64,000 bases of DNA from Myxococcales bacterium. Lineage in GTDB: Bacteria; Myxococcota; Myxococcia; Myxococcales; UBA5297. This document shows positions 50,624 to 61,173 of this stretch, in pieces; the first letter of the stretch is position 1; each line of letters begins with the position of its first letter. The notes below the pieces were generated by a model, which saw only the letters and a list, made by a program, of their open reading frames with translations, had not been told where the DNA came from and made no database searches. Where the stretch lies: the NCBI GenBank assembly GCA_036504155.1, contig DASXVQ010000049.1:10952-74951 (forward strand). Reading direction: 5' to 3'. Made by a program: the position numbers and the translations under genes.

Positions 50624-52165
50624 ATGACGAGGAGCGAGCTGGCGCAGCTCGGAGATTCGATGGTTCGCGGAGGCGACGACTACCAGCGCCTGCCGGTGGC
50701 GGTGCTGTGCCTTTCCCGCGAAGGCGTCGTCCTCGCCTCCAACCCCGTGGCCAGGGAGCTTCTCGGACCCCAGGCGGAGCCGGGCGCGCGCTCGGACGCC
50801 TGGCTCCAGCCGGGCGACCGGGAGCGCTGGGCACGGGTGCTCGCGGACTCGGTCCATGGAGGAGTCAGCCAGGGACACGTCCTGCGCCACCAGGGCCCCG
50901 ACGGGGAAGGGCGCGTGCTGCAGTGGTCGGTGCGCTGGTGCGAGAGCGAGCGGCACTACCTGGCGGTCGCCCTCGACGTCAGCGCCTGGTCGGCCCACGA
51001 GCGCTACTACGAGCAGATCCTCGACTGCCTCGCGGAGTACGTCCTGGTGAAGGGGAAGGGCTCGCGGCTGCGCTGGGCCAACCGCGCGTTCCGCGAGTAC
51101 TACGGGATGACCAACGAGCAGCTCAAGGAGCTGGTCGACGCCCCGTTCAACGAGCCGGACTACACCAAGCAGTACGTGCTCGACGACCTGTGGGTCTGGA
51201 ACCACCAGCGGCCGATGCGCATCGAGTGCGAGCCGGTCACCCGCCACGACGGCGTGGTCCGCAAGTGGCGCACGACCAAGTCCCCGGTCCTCGACGAGCG
51301 GGGGAGGGTCGCCTTCACCGTGGGCGTCTCGCAGGACATCACCGAGCGCCTGGAGGCCGAGGAGCGGGCCGTCAACGCCGCCCGGCTGGCGGCCCTCGGC
51401 GAGATGGCGGCGGGGATCGCCCACGAGATCAACAACCCGCTCAGCGTGATGATGGCCAGGGCGCAGCTGCTGCGCCTGGCGCTCGAGCGCGGGACGCTCT
51501 CGGCCAAGCAGCTCGAGGAGGCCTTGAGCGCCATCGAGCGCAGCGGGGCGCGGGTCGCGCAGATCATCCGCGGCCTGCGCCGGCTCAGCCACGAGGGCTC
51601 CTCCGACCCGTTCCAGGTCGTGCCCCTGGCGAGCATCTTCGAGGACACGCTGGCCCTCTGCCGAGCCCGCTTCCTCGACGACGGGATCGCCCTGCGGCTG
51701 CCGACCCTCCCCGCCGACCTGCGCATCACCTGCCGGCCCGTGCAGATCTCCCAGGTCCTCCTCAACCTGCTGGCCAACGCGCTGGACGCGGTGCGCGCCG
51801 ACTCGCGCGCAGGCGAGCCCTGGGTCGAGGTGCGCGTCGCCCTGGAGGACGACGACGACACGCTGGCCATCCGGGTCCTCGACTCGGGTCCGGGCGTGCC
51901 CGAGGAGCTCGAGACGCGGATCATGCAGCCCTTCTTCACCACCAAGCCGCCCGGGCACGGGACCGGGCTCGGCTTGAGCATCTCCCTGGCGATCGCCAAG
52001 GAGCACGGCGGCAGCCTGAAGCTCGACCGCGCGGTCTCGCCCAGCTGCTTCGTGCTGCGGATCAAGACGAACCCCATCCCGGAGAGCGCGATCCGTCCGG
52101 GCGTCGGGGGTGACGGCGACCGGCTCGAGGGGGGCGGCAGTGGCGACCGTTCTGCTGGTGGATGA
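50624..52165 (+). CDS. cytoplasmic PAS-domain sensor histidine kinase
   Basis: There are no TM segments. It has a PAS-like region, HisKA H-box AAGIAHEINNPLS, and HATPase_c N/G1/G2 boxes (LLNLLANALDA, DSGPGVP, GTGLGLSIS). The start is the ATG at 50624 (or the GTG at 50594 next to AGGAGGAGAGG). The long N-terminal ORF-track extension is non-coding. Confidence 0.85.
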   Translation: MTRSELAQLGDSMVRGGDDYQRLPVAVLCLSREGVVLASNPVARELLGPQAEPGARSDAWLQPGDRERWARVLADSVHGGVSQGHVLRHQGPDGEGRVLQWSVRWCESERHYLAVALDVSAWSAHERYYEQILDCLAEYVLVKGKGSRLRWANRAFREYYGMTNEQLKELVDAPFNEPDYTKQYVLDDLWVWNHQRPMRIECEPVTRHDGVVRKWRTTKSPVLDERGRVAFTVGVSQDITERLEAEERAVNAARLAALGEMAAGIAHEINNPLSVMMARAQLLRLALERGTLSAKQLEEALSAIERSGARVAQIIRGLRRLSHEGSSDPFQVVPLASIFEDTLALCRARFLDDGIALRLPTLPADLRITCRPVQISQVLLNLLANALDAVRADSRAGEPWVEVRVALEDDDDTLAIRVLDSGPGVPEELETRIMQPFFTTKPPGHGTGLGLSISLAIAKEHGGSLKLDRAVSPSCFVLRIKTNPIPESAIRPGVGGDGDRLEGGGSGDRSAGG

Positions 52166-52523
52166 CGAGCCCGACGTCCGCAGCGTGCTCCGCGAGGTCC
52201 TCGAGCTGGGGGGCCACACCGTCCTCGAGGCCACCTCGGGCAGGACGGCGCTGGCCACGCTCGCCGGGGGCGCCCGGGTCGACCTGGTGCTCTCCGACAT
52301 CCGGATGCCCGACGGCGACGGCTGGTCCCTGCTCGCCGAGATCCGCCGCCGCGACCCGGTGCGTCCGGCCGTGGTGCTGATCACCGGCTTCTCCGACGTC
52401 ACCGCCGAGCAGGCCCGGGCCCGCGGCGCCCAGGAGCTCGTCTCCAAGCCGTGCGAGGTCCTGGCGCTGTTGGACACGATCGAGGCCCACGCCGCGCGCC
52501 CCGTCCCGAGCCCGTCCGCCTGA
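52110..52523 (+). CDS. single-domain response regulator (CheY-like receiver only)
   Basis: GTG start overlapping the kinase 3' end. Motifs VLLVDDEPDVR, phospho-acceptor D in VDLVLSDIRMP, and T/K motifs are present. There is no output domain. An alternative GTG start lies at ~52140. Confidence 0.8.
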   Translation: MTATGSRGAAVATVLLVDDEPDVRSVLREVLELGGHTVLEATSGRTALATLAGGARVDLVLSDIRMPDGDGWSLLAEIRRRDPVRPAVVLITGFSDVTAEQARARGAQELVSKPCEVLALLDTIEAHAARPVPSPSA

Positions 52524-52701
52524 GCGCGCTCGCCCGCCTGCACGGCCGCCCGGCCTCGAGCTGGGCCGCGGCCGGCAGATCTACCTTCTCCACGGCCGCG
52601 TCGAGTCCAACCACCCGAGGGAGAAGTTCGTCCCGGCAGCCGTCGCGAGGATCACCCGAGGCTTCTCGATCCCGCCCGCCGCGGCGTAGGCTCGGTCCGC
52701 G

Positions 52702-55245
52702 ATGCGACGAAGCCTGCGAGCCCTGTCCTGCTGCGCGCTGCTGCTGTTGGCGGCGTGCCGCGACTTCCACGTCCCCGAGCCCCCCGCGCCCCCCAACCGA
52801 CCGACGGTCGCCAGCCTCCAGCCCTCGGAGTTCTTCGCCGGCCAGCACGTCCAGGTCGCCGGCACGCTCTTCGACGCCGGCGGGGGCGAGACGCCGCAGG
52901 TCTACCTGGGCAACGTCGCGGCCATGGTCGTCGGCCTGTCCAAGGACGGCGCGACCGGGCGGCAGGTGGCGGAGGTGGTCGTCCCCGGCGGGCTGCCCTT
53001 CGGCGTGGCCATCGGCGTGCGCGTGCACACCAGCGCCGGCGAGGGCAGCCTGGAGGCGACCGGGGCCCGCTACCTCGGCCCCGGCCACCTGCCGGACCGG
53101 GTGGACGTCCGCAGCTCGAAGGTCGGGGTCGACCCATGGGGCCTGGCGGTCTCCAGGGAGACCATGATGGTCGTGGACCTCTGGCGAAACCTGGTGAACG
53201 TCTTCGACCTCGCGCGGGGCTACCGCACGCAGGTCGTGGCGCTGCGCGTGCCGACCCCGGGCAGCGACCCGGCCGCGGCGAGCTACGAGCGCGCGGTCGT
53301 CGACGACGTGGCGCTCGCCCCCGAGGGCGGGCAGGCGCTGGTGAGCTACTGGCTGGCGGGGACGAAGGCCGGCGAGCCGGGCGTCTCCGGGCTGGTGGCG
53401 CTCTCCCCCTGCCCCGGCGGCTGGGTCCCCACCCGGCACTTCCAGCTGCCCGCGGGCGGCGGCCGCCTCCTGCGCATCCTCTACGGGGAGGTGGCCAAGG
53501 CCTTCTTCGTCGAGCGCTCCTACGGCCACGGGGGGCTGCTCACCGTCCCGGCGGTCTCCCTGCCCCTGGCGTGCAAGGCGGGCACGCCGCCCTCGGACCT
53601 CGCGCTGGGGCTCGCGCCGCAGCCCGACCCCACCTGGACCGTGGGCGACCTCGACGAGGCGCTCCCCGGCGACGAGACCACCGCCGACCCCGGGATGTCG
53701 ATCAGCCCCGACGGCACCCGGCTGGCCGTGTCGCGCGGGTACGAGACCGGCTCCACCGTGGACGTGTACGACATCACCACCAACCCGCCGGCGCCGGCGC
53801 GGCCGCGGCTGTACGACGACTCGCTGTGGATCATCGACGTCGTGCTCTACGGCCCCGACGGGCGGCTGGCGGTGCTCGACTGGTACACCTCGACCATCCT
53901 GCGCGAGGCCGCCCCGCCGGGGAGCGGCTGGGTCAAGGACGACATCCAGACCGCCTACATCGTCTCCTCCATGTTCCGCGGCGACCGCGACAGCGGGGTG
54001 CTGGTCGCCACCCTGGACTCGCTGCTGGAGGTGGACCTGGTCTCCGGCCGCGCCGCCGGGAGCATCGCCATGCCCTACCAGACGGTGCGCGCGCTCCCCG
54101 CGCCGGGCCTGTCCCCGCTCATGTACGCCGCGGTCAACGCCTCGGCGGACGAGAGCGGCAAGCTGGTGACCCTCAACCGCGACGCGCAGACCATCACCGA
54201 CCGCTGGGGCCTGGAGTACCCGATCTGGCGGGCGGCCTACTCCTCGCAGATGGACCTCGCCATCGGCGAGTCGCGCTACGACGTCCCCAGGCCCTTCGTC
54301 GCCAGCCCGGGCGCGCACTTCGCCAGCTTGACCCTCCCCTCCACGATCGACGAGAGCTCCACCTCCGCCGTCGCCGCCGACCGCGACCTGCTGGCCATCG
54401 CCGGCAAGCGCCGCACGGGCCGGACCGAGACCGACTACGTCAAGGTGCTCAAGCTCTCCACGGACCCGAACGACGTCGAGCTCGTGCCGGGCGTGAACCT
54501 GGGCATCGAGAAGCGGCCCCTCTACCTGACGCCCACCCCCGGCTCCTACCTCGGCCTCGCCCCTTACGGCAGCGGCGTGCTCGCGCTCAAGCACGGCAGC
54601 TACGAGCGGGTGGGGACCGGCGCCTGCGACCAGCGCGGCCCGGCGGAGTGGACGCTGCCGGCCTCCTGCTCGGTCGCGCTGCCCGCGGGCTGGGAGCCGG
54701 AGGGCGCCGCGCCGTCCTTCGCGGTGGCCCAGGGCTCCGACGAGCTGCTGCTGCCGCAGGCGGTGGCGAGCGCCGACTCCACGCGGGTGGCGGCCCGCAT
54801 TCCGCTCTCCGGCGGGGCCCCGGTCGGGCTGAGCATCGCGGGGACCTGGGCCTCGTCGATGGTGTCCGTCTCGCGCGACGGGCGCCTGGTCGCGGTCAAC
54901 GCCATCCCGCCCTGCCCGGACGACGCCTTCGACTGCCCGGCGGGGACGGCCTTCTACGAGCTGCAGGGCGCGGCCAAGCCGGGCCTGCAGCCGCTGCCCT
55001 TCTCCGCGCTGCGCACCACCGCGGTCGCGGCCAGCGCGGACGCGACCACGGTCTACGTGGCGCAGGACAACGGCCGCGTCTACGCGGTGCACCCCGGCCT
55101 CGACGGCGTGGACGCCTACGAGGACATCCGGCTGCTGGTGACGCTGCCGGCGGGCTGGCTCACCTCGCTGAGCGCCGCGGGGGACGGCGCCAGCCTGGCC
55201 GGGACGACCGAAGTCCCCGACTCGCAGCTCGTGGTCCTGAAGTAG
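52702..55245 (+). CDS. lipoprotein with N-terminal IPT/TIG-like domain (paralogue of 14898..17357)
   Basis: Lipobox ALLLLAACRDFHVPEPP. The 847-aa ORF has a beta-rich body. It lies directly downstream of the two-component system. Confidence 0.75.
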   Translation: MRRSLRALSCCALLLLAACRDFHVPEPPAPPNRPTVASLQPSEFFAGQHVQVAGTLFDAGGGETPQVYLGNVAAMVVGLSKDGATGRQVAEVVVPGGLPFGVAIGVRVHTSAGEGSLEATGARYLGPGHLPDRVDVRSSKVGVDPWGLAVSRETMMVVDLWRNLVNVFDLARGYRTQVVALRVPTPGSDPAAASYERAVVDDVALAPEGGQALVSYWLAGTKAGEPGVSGLVALSPCPGGWVPTRHFQLPAGGGRLLRILYGEVAKAFFVERSYGHGGLLTVPAVSLPLACKAGTPPSDLALGLAPQPDPTWTVGDLDEALPGDETTADPGMSISPDGTRLAVSRGYETGSTVDVYDITTNPPAPARPRLYDDSLWIIDVVLYGPDGRLAVLDWYTSTILREAAPPGSGWVKDDIQTAYIVSSMFRGDRDSGVLVATLDSLLEVDLVSGRAAGSIAMPYQTVRALPAPGLSPLMYAAVNASADESGKLVTLNRDAQTITDRWGLEYPIWRAAYSSQMDLAIGESRYDVPRPFVASPGAHFASLTLPSTIDESSTSAVAADRDLLAIAGKRRTGRTETDYVKVLKLSTDPNDVELVPGVNLGIEKRPLYLTPTPGSYLGLAPYGSGVLALKHGSYERVGTGACDQRGPAEWTLPASCSVALPAGWEPEGAAPSFAVAQGSDELLLPQAVASADSTRVAARIPLSGGAPVGLSIAGTWASSMVSVSRDGRLVAVNAIPPCPDDAFDCPAGTAFYELQGAAKPGLQPLPFSALRTTAVAASADATTVYVAQDNGRVYAVHPGLDGVDAYEDIRLLVTLPAGWLTSLSAAGDGASLAGTTEVPDSQLVVLK

Positions 55246-55330
55246 GCGGGCCGATCGCGGCGAGGGCGAGAGGCCCGCCCGGACGCACCTCTTCCTCCCC
55301 CGACCTCCCCCGACCTCGACCCGCGACGGC

Positions 55331-58111
55331 TCAGTGGGCGCGCGAGGGCCTGGGGCCCAGCGTCCAGGGGCTCTCCGCCCTGCCAGCCTGCGCCGTGCCG
55401 CGCGGAGGCCTGCCGTGGAGGCGGCGCAGGATGGCCTTCTCCACCTCGACGGCCAGGAGCAGCCCCACCGCCACCGCGAACACCCGCGCCCAGGAGCCGG
55501 CGCCCAGGGCCCGGGTGTCGAAGAGCTTCTGGAACGGCGGCGCGTAGGTGAACAGGACCTGCAGCGCGGCCACCAGCCCGATCGCGCCCCACGCCAGCCG
55601 GCTGCCCAGCAGCCCGCTGCGATTCAAGGCCGAGGCCTCGATGAAGCGGGAGTTCAAGAGGTAGGCGGCCTCGCAGGCGACCAGCACGTTCACCGCGACG
55701 GTGCGCGCCACCGCCACGCTCGCGCCCAGGCGGCGCTCCAGGAGGTACAGGCCGAAGACGCCGACCAGCAGCAGGGCGCTGACGAACCCCACCCGCCAGA
55801 GGAGGAAGCCCGAGAGGATCGGCTCGTCGGGGCGCCGCGGCGGCCGCAGCATGATCCCCTGCTCCGCCGGCTCGAAGGCGATGGCCAGGGCCAGCGTCAC
55901 CGCGGTGATCATGTTGACCCAGAGGATCTGCACCGCGGTGATCGGCAGCGTGGTCCCCACGGCCACGGCGGCGACGATGGTCAGCGCCTCTCCGAGGTTG
56001 GTCGGCAGGATGAAGGTGATCGCCTTCTTGACGTTGTCGTAGACGGTGCGGCCCTCCTCCACGGCCGCGGCGATGGTCGCGAAGTTGTCGTCGGCGAGGA
56101 CCAACTCCGCCGCCTCCTTCGAGACCTCCGTCCCGCCGCGGCCCATGGCGATGCCGACGTCCGCCTGCTTGAGCGCGGGGGCGTCGTTGACGCCGTCGCC
56201 GGTCATCGCCGTCACCTTGCCGCGCGCCTGCAGCGCCCGCACCAGGCGCAGCTTGTGAGCGGGGTTCATCCGCGCGAAGACGTCCGTCTCCAGCGCCCGC
56301 CCGGCCAGCTGGGCGTCGTCGTGGGTGTCGAGCTCGGCGCCGGTCATCGAGGAGTGGCCCCGCAACCCGAGCTGCGCCCCGATGGCCTGCGCGGTGAGCG
56401 CGTGGTCGCCGGTCACCATCTTCACGTCGATCCCCGCGCGCAGGCAGTGCCCCACCGCCGCGATGGCCTCGGGCCGCGGCGGGTCGGCGATGCCCGCCAC
56501 CGCGAGCAGGGTGAGGTCGCCCACGTCCTCGGGGCTCAGGCTCGCCGGCTCGCGGTCCAGCTCGCGCGTGGCGATGGCCAGGGCCCGCTCCCCGCGAGAG
56601 GCGATCTCCTCGACCCTCGCCAGCCAGTAGGCGGGCTCGAGCGGCTCCCGCCCGCCCCCCGGGGCCCGCTGCCAGGAGCTGAGCTCGAGCAGGACCTCCG
56701 GGGCGCCCTTGACGTAGAGCACCCGGCCCGCCGGCCCGGGGTGCGCCGTGGCCATCAGGCGCCGCTCCGGGTCGAAGGGGATCGCGTCGAGGCGCGGCAT
56801 CTGCGAGGCCAGGGCCGGCAGGTCGAGGCCGGACTTCGCGGCCAGCGCCAGCAGGGCGCCCTCCATCGGGTCGCCGCTGACGCTCCACTCGCCGTCGCGC
56901 AGCTGCAGCTCGGAGTCCGAGCAGAGCGCACCTCCCCGCGCCGCCTCCACCAGCTCCGGCAGCGCCTCCGGCGGCAGCTCCCGGCCCTCCCTGCGCAGGG
57001 TCCCCTCGGGGCCGTAGCCCACCCCCTGGACCTCCACCACGCCGCCGCGCAGCGCCACCCTGCGCACCGTCATCTCGTTGCGGGTGAGGGTGCCCGTCTT
57101 GTCCGAGCAGATGACCGTCACCGAGCCCAGGGTCTCCACCGCGGGCAGCCGGCGGACGATGGCGCTGCGCCGCGCCATGCGCTGCACGCCGATGGCCAGC
57201 GTGATGGTGATGACCGCCGGCAGCCCTTCGGGGATGGCCGCCACCGCCAGCCCCACCGCGCCCAGGAACATGTCCGGGAGCGCGAAGTGGTGCACGAGGA
57301 CGCCGACCAGGAAGGTGGCGGCCGCCAGCGCCAGGATGGCCGCCGTCAGCCAGCGGCTGAACTGGCGGATCTGCTTGAGCAGCGGCGTCTCCAGCTTCTC
57401 GACGGAGCGGAGCATGGAGCTGATGCCGCCGAGCTCGCTCTCGAGCGCGGTCGCCACCACCACGCCCCAGCCCGAGCCGCGGGTCACCAGCGTGCCGGCG
57501 TAGGCCATGCTGCAGCGGTCGCCCAGGGGCGCAGCGGGGTCGACGGGAGCCTCGCCCTTCTCCACCGGGAGCGACTCGCCGGTCAGCAGGGCCTCCTGGA
57601 CCTGGAGGTTGCGCGTCTCCAGCAGCCTCACGTCGGCCGGGACCCGGTCCCCGGGCTCGAGCAGCACGACGTCGCCGGGGACCACGCCCTCGGCGTCGAT
57701 CGCCTGCCGGCGCCGGTCCCGCAGGACGGTGGCCTGCGGCGAGAGCATGCGGCGGATGGCCTCCAGCGCCTTCTCGGCCTTGCCCTCCTGGAGCTGGCCG
57801 ATGAGGGCATTGATGAGCACCACCCCGAAGATCACCCCGGAGTCGACCCAGTGCCGCAGGCCGAGGGTGATGGCGCCCGCCACGAGCAGGACCGCGATCA
57901 GCAGGTTGTCGAACTGGGCCAGGAAGCGCGCCGCTGCGCTGCGAGCCTTGGGCGGAGGGAGCCGGTTGGGCCCATGGCGCCGGAGCCGCTCGGCAGCCTC
58001 CTCGGCCGTCAGGCCGTCCCGGCGCGAGGCCATGGCGGCCATCGCCTCGCCCGCCGGCAGGGAGTGCCAAGCCGGCGCGCCGCGGCCCGCGGGACTCTGC
58101 GCATTCCCCAT
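55331..58111 (-). CDS. P-type cation-transporting ATPase (type II, Ca2+/Mg2+-like)
   Basis: It has the N-terminal cation-ATPase motif ([18 protein letters not shown]), the phosphorylation site DKTGTLT, the TGES actuator motif, KGAPE, MVTGD and [11 protein letters not shown], and ten TM segments. The start is at 58111 or at the internal ATG 58042. Confidence 0.9.
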   Translation of the reverse strand: MGNAQSPAGRGAPAWHSLPAGEAMAAMASRRDGLTAEEAAERLRRHGPNRLPPPKARSAAARFLAQFDNLLIAVLLVAGAITLGLRHWVDSGVIFGVVLINALIGQLQEGKAEKALEAIRRMLSPQATVLRDRRRQAIDAEGVVPGDVVLLEPGDRVPADVRLLETRNLQVQEALLTGESLPVEKGEAPVDPAAPLGDRCSMAYAGTLVTRGSGWGVVVATALESELGGISSMLRSVEKLETPLLKQIRQFSRWLTAAILALAAATFLVGVLVHHFALPDMFLGAVGLAVAAIPEGLPAVITITLAIGVQRMARRSAIVRRLPAVETLGSVTVICSDKTGTLTRNEMTVRRVALRGGVVEVQGVGYGPEGTLRREGRELPPEALPELVEAARGGALCSDSELQLRDGEWSVSGDPMEGALLALAAKSGLDLPALASQMPRLDAIPFDPERRLMATAHPGPAGRVLYVKGAPEVLLELSSWQRAPGGGREPLEPAYWLARVEEIASRGERALAIATRELDREPASLSPEDVGDLTLLAVAGIADPPRPEAIAAVGHCLRAGIDVKMVTGDHALTAQAIGAQLGLRGHSSMTGAELDTHDDAQLAGRALETDVFARMNPAHKLRLVRALQARGKVTAMTGDGVNDAPALKQADVGIAMGRGGTEVSKEAAELVLADDNFATIAAAVEEGRTVYDNVKKAITFILPTNLGEALTIVAAVAVGTTLPITAVQILWVNMITAVTLALAIAFEPAEQGIMLRPPRRPDEPILSGFLLWRVGFVSALLLVGVFGLYLLERRLGASVAVARTVAVNVLVACEAAYLLNSRFIEASALNRSGLLGSRLAWGAIGLVAALQVLFTYAPPFQKLFDTRALGAGSWARVFAVAVGLLLAVEVEKAILRRLHGRPPRGTAQAGRAESPWTLGPRPSRAH

Positions 58112-58737
58112 TCACGCTCCCCGCATCCGGCCTCCGGCCCTCACCTGGGCCGCGAACGAGTGACCCGTTGGGGAGTGGCCGGCTCGAAGCGGGCGCGCAG
58201 CTTTCCACGGCCGTCGAGCGTGGCCAGCCCCTCTCCCCTGGGAAGAGGAGGACGGCCTGCCGGCTGCGCCACCCCACGGCTGGGCGTGAGGCGGACGCGT
58301 CTACATGCCCGCCCGATCGGGACGAGCTCGCGCGCCTTCGACCCTCCGCCACCTCGCCGCCAGGACGCTGGCGATGGAGGCGCCGCCCCGCAGACGCTCC
58401 CCCAGGTTTCGTCGAGGCGGTGGACCGGGCCAGTAATACCCGCCCCGAGTTCGTTCCGGGATGCGCCGGCCTGAAAGAGCAGGCGACCTGGAACGAGGAT
58501 CGAACTTGCGGCTGCGTGTGCTGGAGGAGGGAGGGCGTGGTTCGGGGCGGGCGAAATCGCGCGCGCATTCGTGCCGGACTCACACGGACGGTGCCGAGCG
58601 CCTCTCTCCCGTGCTCTCATGGCCGAGGCCGTCGAGGAGGGGCTTCACCCGTGACGATCGCGCATCCACGCGCGCGCCGGCCCAACTCGAGCCCTCGAAC
58701 GTACTCCTCAACCACAGGCCGGATTCCGGAGGCTTCA

Positions 58738-59586
58738 ATGAGAAGGTCGCAACCGCTGCTGGGTGGTCTGGTCGTCCTGGCCATCGCCGCGCTTCTGATG
58801 CTCTGGCGCACCGCGGGAGCCGCGCCCAGTGCTCCGCTCGAGGAGACCGTCGGCTTCGGAGGCGCGGAGCCGGCCGCGCCAGCCGGCCCGGTCCATGTCC
58901 CCGCCGGCCGCTTCGCCATGGGCAGCGAGAGCGGCGCCGCGGACGAGAAGCCGGTCCACGCGGTCGCCGTCGCCGCCTTCGATCTCGACCGCACCGAGGT
59001 CACCAACGCGCGCTATGCCGCCTGCGTCGCCGCCGGGGCCTGCCGCCCGCCGCAGCTCTCCAGTTCCAACAAGCGCGCCCACTACTTCGACGACCCGGCC
59101 TTCGCCGACTACCCGGTCGTCTTCGTAGACCACGAGCGCGCCTCTGCCTTCTGCGCCTTCGCCGGCGGCCGCCTGCCCACCGAGGCGGAGTGGGAGCTGG
59201 CGGCGCGCGGCACCAGGGATTCCCGGACCTACCCGTGGGGCGAGGCCAAGCCCGACTGCGCTCGAGCCAACATGCTCGGCTGCGTCGGCGACACCGACCG
59301 GGTCGGAATCCGCCCCGCGGGCGCCAGCCCCTACGGCTTGCTCGACATGGCTGGCAACGTCTGGGAGTGGACCGCCGACTGGTACGACGCGCGCTTCTAC
59401 GACAAGAGCCCCAAGGCCGATCCCCAGGGGCCGGCCGTGGGCCATCTCAAGGTCGCGCGCGGCGGCTGCTGGCTCTCCGGCGGCGACTCGCTGCGCTCCA
59501 CCTGCCGCAAGGCGGAGCTGCCCTCCACCTGGGCCTACAACATCGGCTTCCGCTGCGCCTACGCCGCCTCGAAGGGAGGCAAGTGA
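58738..59586 (+). CDS. formylglycine-generating-enzyme (FGE/SUMF1) family protein, secreted
   Basis: ATG at 58738 with GGAGG upstream. Signal/TM LVVLAIAALLMLW. FGE-sulfatase domain motifs are present (RVTNARYAACV, GGRLPTEAEWE, GNVWEWTADWY, RGGCWLS). Confidence 0.85.
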   Translation: MRRSQPLLGGLVVLAIAALLMLWRTAGAAPSAPLEETVGFGGAEPAAPAGPVHVPAGRFAMGSESGAADEKPVHAVAVAAFDLDRTEVTNARYAACVAAGACRPPQLSSSNKRAHYFDDPAFADYPVVFVDHERASAFCAFAGGRLPTEAEWELAARGTRDSRTYPWGEAKPDCARANMLGCVGDTDRVGIRPAGASPYGLLDMAGNVWEWTADWYDARFYDKSPKADPQGPAVGHLKVARGGCWLSGGDSLRSTCRKAELPSTWAYNIGFRCAYAASKGGK

Positions 59587-60638
59587 TGATGCGCTCCCTC
59601 CTGGCCACTCTCTGCGCCTGCGCCTTCTGCCTGCTCGCCGCGCCCGCCTACCCCTGTGGCGGCGGCTTCGGCGCCGGCATCACCATCGACTCGAGCCAGA
59701 CCATCCTCGTCACGCACCGCGCCGGGGTGGAGAGCTACGTCTTCCGGCCGCACTTCTGCGGCCAGGCGGCGCAGTTCGGGCTCATCCTCCCCGTCCCGGC
59801 GACGCTCACCGCGAACCCAGTCCTGGCCGACCCGGCGCTCTTCGCCGAGCTGGACCGCATCTCCGCGCCCACCCACGTCGCGCGCACCGAGTGCCGCGGG
59901 CGCATCGGCCCGGACGCCGGCGCAGCCAATTACGCCCACGACGGCGGGGTCTCCGGCCCGGAGATCATCGATTACGGCCAGGTGGGCATCTTCGACTGGG
60001 TGCTGCTCAAGGCCGACTCCGCCGCCAGCTTCACCGCCTGGCTGGACGCCAACGGCTTCCCGCACGACGCGAGCGCGGAGCCGCTGTTCAGCCACTACGT
60101 CCAGAAGGGTTGGTTCTTCGTGGCGTTCAAGGTGACGGCCGGCGAGTCCGCGCCACCCGCCGGCTCGCTGCTGTGCGGCGACCTCGGCCCCATCCAGGTC
60201 TCCTTCACCGCCGCCGTTCCGGTGGTGCCCACGCGCATCGCCGCCGCCAGCACCAGCGCCTACTCCACGCTCGCCTGGCGCATCTACGCCGTCGCGGAGC
60301 GGCAGCTCGGCGCCTCGATGTCGGAGTACCACGCGAAGTTGCGCTTCTCCGGCGCCCTCGATTCCGCCGCCCTGGCCTCGGCACCCGAGCTGGCCAAGCT
60401 CGCCGTCGCCGGCGACCGCCTCACCAAGTTCGAGGTGTTCTTCTCCCCCAGCACCGAGGCGGATCTGGCCCTCGCGAGCGACGTCTCCAACGACTTCCGC
60501 GAGACGATCGACGACGTGACCTACGTCGACTGCGCTCCACCGGGAGGCGGCTGCAGCTCGACGGGGACGGGAGCGATGGTCCTGGGCGCCAGTGCGCTGG
60601 CCCTGGCTCCGCTGTTGTGGCGCCGCCGGCGGCGCTGA
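59586..60638 (+). CDS. secreted protein with MYXO-CTERM anchor (DUF2330-like), translationally coupled to the FGE-family gene
   Basis: The ATG overlaps the FGE stop (TGATG). Signal peptide MMRSLLATLCACAFCLLAAPAYP. C-terminus GGGCSSTGTGAMVLGASALALAPLLWRRRRR. Confidence 0.75.
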   Translation: MMRSLLATLCACAFCLLAAPAYPCGGGFGAGITIDSSQTILVTHRAGVESYVFRPHFCGQAAQFGLILPVPATLTANPVLADPALFAELDRISAPTHVARTECRGRIGPDAGAANYAHDGGVSGPEIIDYGQVGIFDWVLLKADSAASFTAWLDANGFPHDASAEPLFSHYVQKGWFFVAFKVTAGESAPPAGSLLCGDLGPIQVSFTAAVPVVPTRIAAASTSAYSTLAWRIYAVAERQLGASMSEYHAKLRFSGALDSAALASAPELAKLAVAGDRLTKFEVFFSPSTEADLALASDVSNDFRETIDDVTYVDCAPPGGGCSSTGTGAMVLGASALALAPLLWRRRRR

Positions 60639-60723
60639 CCGCCCGGCGACCCTCGCGAAGGACGAGAGCGGGCGTCCCCCCGGGCGCCCGCGCCTGCTAG
60701 TGCGGCGCCGTCGAGATCGGCTC

Positions 60724-61028
60724 GACTAGTACGAGCATCCGGAAGTTCGTTCAGGGTTCGAGAAGGCCGGTTGGGACTGCCGGCGGCTAAAGCCGCGCCT
60801 GAGGTTTCGAGGTCCGCCTTCGCGGACCAGGTGGCGACGGATGTCATGGGCGAGGACAAGGGCGCCCGGGTTCAGGTCTTCGCACTTCTGAAGCTCGGGT
60901 TTCCGACTTCGCGACCCGAGGCCACTGCAGCCCGCGAAGGCGGGCATCGCAATGTCAGGCGCGACTTCAGTCGCCGGCATTTGCAGGGCGGCACATCCCG
61001 GAACGAACTTGGGGCACCTCGTACTAGC
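60724..61028. mobile_element. MITE-like ~305-bp element bounded by 27-bp imperfect terminal inverted repeats (ctagtacgag-N7-aagttcgttc) with several internal short hairpins
   Basis: Left end ctagtacgagcatccggaagttcgttc is the reverse complement of right end gaacgaacttggggcacctcgtactag, with 20/27 matching. Internal palindromes are gcggctaaagccgc, tccgccttcgcgga, cccgcgaaggcggg and ggcgacttcagtcgcc. The element is lower GC than its surroundings. Confidence 0.45.
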
Positions 61029-61173
61029 GGCTGCGAGCACGGGGCGCGCGCACCGCAGCCGTTGAAGCCGAGCAAGCCAAGAAGAGCCCTTGGCGCCTTG
61101 GCGTTTAAGAATCAGCCCTCGGCGGACGCTCGTTCCCGCTTCCTTGCCTTGCTCTCCTCTGGCCGGCGCCGCC

